A stretch of DNA of 64,000 bases from Rhynchopus sp. YZ270_cl-10 (taxonomy: Eukaryota), in assembly GCA_964035575.1 (NCBI GenBank), contig OZ037836.1, forward strand, positions 868,001-932,000. The letters are read 5' to 3'. The notes under the pieces are model-generated. The model did not search any database and was not told the origin of the DNA. It saw nothing but the letters and a program-made list of their open reading frames with translations. The translations under genes were made by a program, and so were the position numbers. Positions 57,140-64,000 of the stretch are shown piece after piece. The stretch's first letter is position 1. The number at the start of each line of letters is the position of its first letter.

Positions 57140-57854
57140 GTCTTTGTTGTGGTTTGTGTTCTGATCTCTGTGTGTGGTGGTGGGGTGTGGAGGACAACAA
57201 GCCTGCAGTCCTTTTCAAGAACCTTGCCAAAAACTGTCTGGAGAAGGGCCCCTCTCTCCCCGACCCACAACCCACAACCCCCGACTTCAGATCTCTCACC
57301 TCTCCATCCCCTCTCCCTGAACCAGCGCCCTTCACAGACGTTCCCTCCTCACGAAAAAGCAAACCCACCTTTCCCCACCCCACGCAAGGAAGCATGCCAA
57401 AGGTGCCAAAAGCACCCCACCGCCAGACACAGCTTCCCCTCTGCAGCTCACCCCTTCTGCACAAGAAACCGGTGGTACGGGTTGCAGGGGCGGTGCGGGT
57501 GCAAACGTTGGAAGACAGATAGATCGAGATGTCTGTGGACGTGACGGAGGACATGGCTGAGGAGAAGTGGACGGGAAGGGGTGTTCGTACACCACCTCTG
57601 CCAGGCGACGTAGTACAGGGACATGCGTGTGGAACGCAGAGCTGCTGGCACGGCTGGATCTGGCGGAGGAAAACCTGGCAGACAGCGTGCAGACTCGCCG
57701 TAGGGGAAAGTGGATACGATGTATACGTGGGGGAATAGCGTCGTGTATACCTGGCAGTGGCCAAGTAGTGTAGTATACATATACGTGGAGGAATAGCCCC
57801 GTGGAGGACAACAAGACTGACAACGATTTCAGGGGTGATGAAGTACAGATAAAA

Positions 57855-57967
57855 GGGCGGGGAGGTACGTTTGTCATTGAATAAGACATTTTTGTGGGGT
57901 ATTCTTTTGCAGCACAGAGTAAAAATAACACAATGTGTGGAACGTCTTGCTCAGCACAGCTCTCCTC
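57855..57967 (-). other. solo 3'-flank remnant of a deleted UBL-LRR copy
   Basis: GGGAGGTACGTT..GAATAAGACA..CTTGCTCAGCACAGCTCTCCTC is present without the adjoining CDS. Confidence 0.75.
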
Positions 57968-58951
57968 ATGCCCAGACACCATCAAAAGAGAAGGCTGTGG
58001 GGAAAAGAAAAGGGGACGTTTATAAGATGATCCTAAGCCTCTCGTGCTTAGTCACCTTGAAAGAAAATATATGCACACATGCCACAGTGTTGGTATTGTG
58101 CGAAAAACTTCGCCAGGAGGCTAAGGAGAATGAGATCCGTAACCTCAGCGTAGGGCAAGAAGAATGGTCCTTCACAATACACAGCAGGCAATTTGAAATA
58201 CAAAGCCCGTCACAGTGCACAAGAACAGAAGGAGCCTCACACACACACACAGCAAATCATAAAAAGGAGGAATAAAAATGCGACATGCTATACAACGTCC
58301 TCTTCCGACAGTACACTTTTGGTGCGTGAAAAAATGAAGTGTTGTACAGACGCACAACCATCATGGCATTGATCCGCACCACGGTTAGGTCAGGCATCAT
58401 GCCGAAGCTCGTGCACCTTTGGTAGGTGACTACCTTAGCAAGGACTGACGCACTCTCACACCAAACATATCAAACAACAGGGTAGACAGGGTTAGGATAG
58501 GCCCTATAGGGGTACATGGCCATCTGACAGTCGTGGTAGTTTGTGTGGCAGAGACGAGGACATTTACCACCTGATCTTACCCCCCCCAAAAAATACGGGA
58601 TTCAGCCCAACATGTCCTATACGCAACCTGTACGGTCCTATCCGCGCCTATACGCGGGGCAAAAATCAGGTGGATTTAGAGAAGCAAAACAAAACAAAAA
58701 GACAAGTGCCTGCGCCTCTAGCGTTTAGACACTTCAAAAGAATAATACACAACAGTTGTGCAAAAGGCCTCCGTAAATCTTTTAACACACACAACATTTC
58801 GCCAAAAGACACGAGAATGGAGTCCATGGAGTTGAGACCATCAATACCCAACTTTCTGCATAAGTATTGTTCAGAGCTTTTCCACTAAAGGGGTACGTCT
58901 GTGTCCAATAGCACAAACGCACTGGAACTACTTGCCACTCAAAACGCGTAC

Positions 58952-60958
58952 TCAGTATTGACGACCGCAAAGACTGATCTCCTCTGTGCACTCTTCATTC
59001 CGAGCCACGATGTAGCTTCTGCGCGCCTCCATGAGCCTCTCCCTGTTCCCCTTCGCCTTCTCAAGAGTGATGACGTCCTGCTGGCGCGGCACAGACGCAG
59101 AAGACGTGGTCGGCTTCGCAGGGTCCACCACAAAGAAGACAAGCATCTTCCACACTCCAGGCTTCGTGTCGTCCACAAGCTGAAAGGGAGCCGCACGGTG
59201 CTGCAGGTCGTTTGGGAAGACAATGCATCTGCCCTCTGGCGTCGACACCTCGCCACGCCACTTGTTCTTCTCGTCCCCGTTCTCCACACGGTAGCGCAGA
59301 AAGATGTGCTGGTGCTCACCATCTGGGTAGTCCAACTCTGCGTCGTCCACTTCCTCACGGAACTCAAGGTGGCTCGACGTCACGTTCTCCTGCTTGTAGT
59401 AGTAGATGCACGTCGCCACAATGTTCTCGTGCATGCCCTCCGGGTGCCACGTCCCTCCAGGGTACACAGGGTTATCGGGTGTCAGCACAATGTCTGCTGC
59501 TTTCACAATCACCTGCAGGTTGCTCCCCACCTCAAGAGGGAACGTTCCTTCCACCTCACGTCTGCGCATGGCCATCTCCTCTGCCTTCCGCTTCACTGCC
59601 TGCGTCTTTAAGTCGTACACTTCGCGTCTCATCCAAGTGGCAGGTTGTTTCTCAAAGGCTTTGTTCACCAACGTGCACACACGTGCTCTGTGTGCAGTCG
59701 CATCCTCGTGCTTCGAGCATGCAATCACAAAGGCAGCCACTTTCCTGAGCAACTCATCACCGTCACCTTCGATCGTCGTGTCGGTCAAGATTCCGTACCC
59801 AAGCTCTGTGGCAACTTCCTGCACACTCCCGTCTTTGTTGTCAAACTTGTACTCTTTGAGCAACGCAAACAGCGTGTCCTCAAAGACACTGCAGCTTGGT
59901 GCAGCCATGCCCTTCGTCACAACGTCCACCTTTCCGACCAGCTCGTGTCTCTCATAGAAGTCATAAAGGGGGTACTCTCCATGCCACCACCCCCCGTCCA
60001 CGAGTTCGGCCATCATGGACGCAGACACCTCATCCACTTCCTTCTGCTCCAGGTCGTCCAGCTCAGGTTCGTCCTCAATGACAATCTCTGTCGTGTTCGT
60101 GGGGTCACGGCAGGTGCGCAACAAAGGAAGGAAACACCCCAGTGCGTCAGTGACGACTGCCTCCACCTCTGGGCCGTGCTTCGCAGGGTCGACGTTGTTG
60201 ATGTATGACAGCTGCCTTGCCTCAGCGTCCCCCGACACCTTGAACTCAGCAGGGAGCCACTGCAGCTGCGACCTGAGGAAGGCGGGGTACCCAAACTCGT
60301 CTGCGGGCACAGACTCAGGCGCGTAGCAGTACAGCGATGGGTCCACGAGGTCCATCACTTGGTTGTTGCTGCCAGGGTGCCAGTCAGGCACCGTGCGGAA
60401 GGGGGTAAGGGCTGTGTCCAGGCGTGTGGCCATGCCCTCAGGCATCAGGTCGTCCTGCGCACGTAGGAAGAAAGGCGGTGGTGTGGCCTTCGGCTCGCAC
60501 GACCTGATCAGTGCTGCCTCGCTGCTGAGCTCAGCAAGCAGAGACAGCGCCGCACTCTCCGTGTCAAAGGGGGTGGGGTTCTCGATGTGTTCGTTCTTGC
60601 TCTCAAAGGCGAGGAGAAGCTCTTTGTGCCATTTGGCGCTGATGTTGTCATCCAAGATCTTCTCGAACCAGCGTGGCTTCTTGCGCAGCTCAAAACGCGC
60701 CTCAGACGCGGCACGGTCGAGCCTCTCGATCTTGACCTGCAGACGCACCTGGCGCAGGGCCACAGTATCACCCTGGAGCGTGCTGCGCATCTCCGCATCT
60801 TCATCCTCGCACGGCACCCCTTCCACCACAAGCTGCATCAGCTGTGGGTCCACACGCAGTGCAGTTGCTGCACGTACCTTCACTGCACGCACCACATCGT
60901 CTGTGTTCACCTCCACAGACACGGTGGGGAATGGCGGCAGTTCTACGTAGATCAACAT
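58952..60958 (-). CDS. N-terminal ubiquitin-like domain fused to DUF4246-like (2OG-Fe(II) oxygenase-type) domain
   Basis: MLIYVE..TVSVEVNTDDVVRAVKVR..QLVVEG..GDTVAL is UBL-like. DWHPGSNNQVMDLVDPSLY, QWLPAEF, SYINN, LQVIVKAADIVLTPDNPVYPGGTWHPEGM.ENIVAT and FPNDLQHR..PF.LVD.TKPG..K.LVFF.VDP match DUF4246 motifs as I recall them. Confidence 0.85.
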   Translation of the reverse strand: MLIYVELPPFPTVSVEVNTDDVVRAVKVRAATALRVDPQLMQLVVEGVPCEDEDAEMRSTLQGDTVALRQVRLQVKIERLDRAASEARFELRKKPRWFEKILDDNISAKWHKELLLAFESKNEHIENPTPFDTESAALSLLAELSSEAALIRSCEPKATPPPFFLRAQDDLMPEGMATRLDTALTPFRTVPDWHPGSNNQVMDLVDPSLYCYAPESVPADEFGYPAFLRSQLQWLPAEFKVSGDAEARQLSYINNVDPAKHGPEVEAVVTDALGCFLPLLRTCRDPTNTTEIVIEDEPELDDLEQKEVDEVSASMMAELVDGGWWHGEYPLYDFYERHELVGKVDVVTKGMAAPSCSVFEDTLFALLKEYKFDNKDGSVQEVATELGYGILTDTTIEGDGDELLRKVAAFVIACSKHEDATAHRARVCTLVNKAFEKQPATWMRREVYDLKTQAVKRKAEEMAMRRREVEGTFPLEVGSNLQVIVKAADIVLTPDNPVYPGGTWHPEGMHENIVATCIYYYKQENVTSSHLEFREEVDDAELDYPDGEHQHIFLRYRVENGDEKNKWRGEVSTPEGRCIVFPNDLQHRAAPFQLVDDTKPGVWKMLVFFVVDPAKPTTSSASVPRQQDVITLEKAKGNRERLMEARRSYIVARNEECTEEISLCGRQY

Positions 60959-61262
60959 GATTGCGTGTGACGGAAAACAAGAGACCTGAGTGCAGGTGAG
61001 ATGTGGTGTGGTGGTTAGGACAGAGAACAGAATAGGCAAAGAAAACTGAACAGGGTAGAGGAGTGGGGAGGTTCATGTTCACATCACATTCGCAAGGGAC
61101 ACCCACCCAAAAGGCAGGTTCTCTCGCACCAAGTAGTAGTCTGTGCCACGGTGAGCAAGACTGTGCCCCTCTTCTTCTCCGAACCAGAGGACGCAAGCAG
61201 ACATACTGCCAGAGACCCTCCACCTCGGGGAGGTGCTGCCCTGCCACCAACACACCACGTCG

Positions 61263-62327
61263 TCATTGTGCGTGTCTCCGTCGCTTCTGGCTTTGCTCGG
61301 GGGATTCGTCTCTGCTTCGTTTCGGACGTGCTTCAACCACAAGCTTACTCAGCTCGCCGTTCCTCACTTCGTTGGACACAACACTGCTGCAGCCGGAAAG
61401 ATAAATGCTCGTCAACGAAGTGCAGTACGCAGCAAATTGCGTAGTATTAGTCAAAATAAACAAACTAATTGACGTCACATTGCTAAGTGGTGATAAATCG
61501 ATGGTAGTTAAGCTCTGGCAGCCGTTAAGAAAGTTGTGATCAATCTGCGTCACGTTGTTGAGGGGTGATAAATCCAGGCTCGATAAGTTCTTGCAGTGCG
61601 CAAGGAACCACGCACCGACCTGCGTCACGTTGGTGAGTGGAGATAAATCGATGCTCGTTAAGCTCGTGCACATGGAAAGAAAGCTGTCATCAATCCGTGT
61701 CACGTTGCTGAGTGCTGATAAATCGATGGTGGTTAAGCTGATACAGCAGAAAAGAAACCTGTCCTCAACCTTCGTCACGTTGCTGAGTGGCGATAAATCC
61801 AGGGCCGTTAAGCTTTTGCAGTTCGCAAGGAAGCTCACACCAACCTGCATAACATTGCTCAACCCAGAGAGGTTGATACTTGTCAACGAGGTGCAGTCTG
61901 CCAGGAACCAGTCTCCAATGTGAGTCACAATGGACTCAGCACTGAGATCAAGTCTCGTCAACGAAGTGCCTGACAAGAAGTCATCAGGAATGACAGTCGC
62001 AACCTCCGCCTGCAGAAGCAAACACGCCACCTCAGGATCCCTCACACTCGCCAACTTCTCGGCTGTGATGTCTGTCTCACCCAACGCATGAAGCTCTGCA
62101 ATGGCTTCTTGCTTCTGCGTTTTCGTGAGGATGATTGTGTCACCAGCACTCAGCTGCGTCATGTCCGATCCTGCTCCCATCGCTTCGTCTCTGAAACTCA
62201 TGCAAAAGCCGTCTTCAGGCAACCCCATTGCAGTCGCCACCTTCTGCCGCATCGTCTCCGTTGTGTCATCCTTACCAACCTCGATCACGTGCGAGTTGTC
62301 GGCAAAATCCTTAATAGTTACGTCCAT
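61263..62327 (-). CDS. UBL-LRR-NLS copy 12 (354 aa, 6 internal LRRs, divergent UBL start)
   Basis: Starts MDVTIKDFADNSHVIEVGKDDTTETMRQKV, then matches the family sequence. Confidence 0.87.
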   Translation of the reverse strand: MDVTIKDFADNSHVIEVGKDDTTETMRQKVATAMGLPEDGFCMSFRDEAMGAGSDMTQLSAGDTIILTKTQKQEAIAELHALGETDITAEKLASVRDPEVACLLLQAEVATVIPDDFLSGTSLTRLDLSAESIVTHIGDWFLADCTSLTSINLSGLSNVMQVGVSFLANCKSLTALDLSPLSNVTKVEDRFLFCCISLTTIDLSALSNVTRIDDSFLSMCTSLTSIDLSPLTNVTQVGAWFLAHCKNLSSLDLSPLNNVTQIDHNFLNGCQSLTTIDLSPLSNVTSISLFILTNTTQFAAYCTSLTSIYLSGCSSVVSNEVRNGELSKLVVEARPKRSRDESPEQSQKRRRHAQ

Positions 62328-63499
62328 TTGTCTGCTTTTGTGTCGCTCTGTTGTGTGGGGTTGTAGTTGGGGCTGGAGTGGGTCGACATGGTGAAGGAAA
62401 AACAACACCTCACCAAAGCCCTTCCTTTGCAGGCAGACGTACAAATTGAATCATGCAGACAACCCTTGAAGGACGTCATATTGATGTTGCTTTTACGACT
62501 TTACGTCTTTTCCTTCTGTAGCATGAAAAGGATTCTGCCAACATTGAGTACAGACCTCTTCTGGGTACTCAGGCCATTGTCGAAGCATCCACAGTCCGCG
62601 AGGTTGCTACGAAATGCAAGACCAAGACACCTTGCAGATGCTCCAAGCACCAACGGGAAACACGCCTTCGCAAAAAATGGTGTATCAATTCTCCTTCTCA
62701 GCAGAACACCGTTCTATGAGAAAAGAAGCGTGACGGGAGGGGGTGAGAAAAGGTGGAGGTGGGGGCCAGCCTTTTGTTGGCAAAATATTGTCGTTGCACT
62801 TCGAGAAGAGGGACACTCCGAAGTGTTTATAGCCTTTTGTGGGAAATTCCAGCCTCTCCACCCCAGCAGAGACACAAAGACCCAGCTCCAGCAGGGAACC
62901 CCCCCGCATGCACATCCACTTCGTGCGCTGTGGCGAGCATCGCCTTCAGGAGCTCACGCCCGAATAAAGGCCTAAAAAAATCTGGCACCGAAGATGACTG
63001 AACAGCAGCAGAAGACGAAGGAGACCCTGCAGCTGAAGGTGGACGTTAAGAGCGCCGCCGATCACGAAAAAGAAAGAAATGTTTATAAGATGATCCTAAG
63101 CCTCTCGTGCTTAGTCACCTTAAGAAACAGGCAAAATAAATGCCTGCTCACGGCTAAGGAGCACCTCACGAAGATACCAAGAAGACAGTGAAAGACCACT
63201 TGGTCTCGGTTTCAGAGTCATTACTCAAAAAAAAAGGGGGTAGGTAAGGGAGGGGAGGTACGTTGTAATGAATAAGACATGGGCTTTTGTGGGGATTCTT
63301 TTGCAGCACTGAGTAAAATAACACAATGTGTGGAACATCTTGCTCAGCACAGCTCTCCTCTCGCACCAAGTAGTAGTCTGTGCCACGGTGAGCAAGACTG
63401 TGCCCCTCTTCTTCTCCGAACCAGAGGACGCAAGCAGACATACTGCCAGAGACCCTCCACCTCGGGGAGGTGCTGCCCTGCCACCAACACACCACGTCG

Positions 63500-64000
63500 T
63501 CATTGTGCGTGTCTCTGTCGCTTCTGGCTTTGCTCGGGGGATTCGTCTCTGCTGCGTTTCGGACGTGCTTCAACCACAAGCTTACTCAGCTCGCCGTTCC
63601 TCACTTCGTTCGACACAACACTGCTGCAGCCGGAAAGGTAAATGCTCCTCAACGAAGCGCAGTTCTCAACAAATTCCTTAGTACCAGACCAAGTATTCAA
63701 ACCAATCGACGTCACGTTCCTGAGTGGTGATAAATCGAGGGTCGTTAAGCTGCTACAGTTCTGAAGGAACCCTGCCTCAACCTGCGTCACATTGCTGAGT
63801 GGAGATAAATCGATGTTGGTTAAGTTGCTGCAGTCGTACAGAAAGCTGCCATCAATCTGCGTCACGTTGTTGAGTGGTGATAAATCGAGGGCGGTTAAGC
63901 TCGTGCAGCCGGCAAGAAAGGCGGGATCAATCTGCGTCAGGTTGCTGAGTGGAGATAACTCCAGTGTCGTTAAGCTGCTGCAGCTCCAAAGAAAATATGC
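63500..64000 (-). CDS. UBL-LRR-NLS copy 13, 5'-partial (runs off the window)
   Basis: LRRs, last-repeat loop and basic tail are present. Confidence 0.85.
   Translation of the reverse strand, partial: AYFLWSCSSLTTLELSPLSNLTQIDPAFLAGCTSLTALDLSPLNNVTQIDGSFLYDCSNLTNIDLSPLSNVTQVEAGFLQNCSSLTTLDLSPLRNVTSIGLNTWSGTKEFVENCASLRSIYLSGCSSVVSNEVRNGELSKLVVEARPKRSRDESPEQSQKRQRHAQ

Noticed and set aside
1..64000. tRNA, rRNA or prokaryotic operon/defence-island interpretation
   Set aside because: No cloverleaf or rRNA-like sequence was recognised by eye (tRNAscan/Infernal not run). Low gene density, a spliceosomal-type intron, MITEs and microsatellites indicate a eukaryote.

Overview
Eukaryotic (protist-type) genomic DNA. 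A euglenozoan such as a diplonemid is my inference from the intron-poor, co-directional genes, the C/CA-rich AG acceptors just upstream of ATGs and the membrane pseudo-cyclase family. Two + strand ORFs (a 5'-partial C2H2 zinc-finger protein with a possible D34D transposase-like motif, and an orphan) converge, across nested TIR elements and microsatellites, on a ~57-kb block in which every credible gene is on the - strand. The block holds 3 tandem multi-TM class III cyclase-like genes with degenerate catalytic residues and variable loops. It also holds 13 copies of a gene with a constant ubiquitin-like domain, a short helical linker, a variable number of diversified and shuffled 25-aa BspA/TpLRR-like repeats, a hypervariable last-repeat loop and a bipartite NLS-like tail. 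Other genes are a spliced glycosyltransferase, a UBL-DUF4246 fusion, a USP32-like EF-hand remnant and two hypothetical genes. There is a DIRS-type RT/RNase H relic and about ten non-autonomous TIR elements, several with TSDs confirmed by empty sites in the window. The strongest candidate for an undescribed system is the recombining UBL-LRR array, which looks like a diversified intracellular recognition repertoire. Five of its six central copies (3, 5, 6, 7, 8) carry expanded (GGGTTGT)n G-quadruplex-type tracts upstream. All domain calls are by eye and no searches were run.
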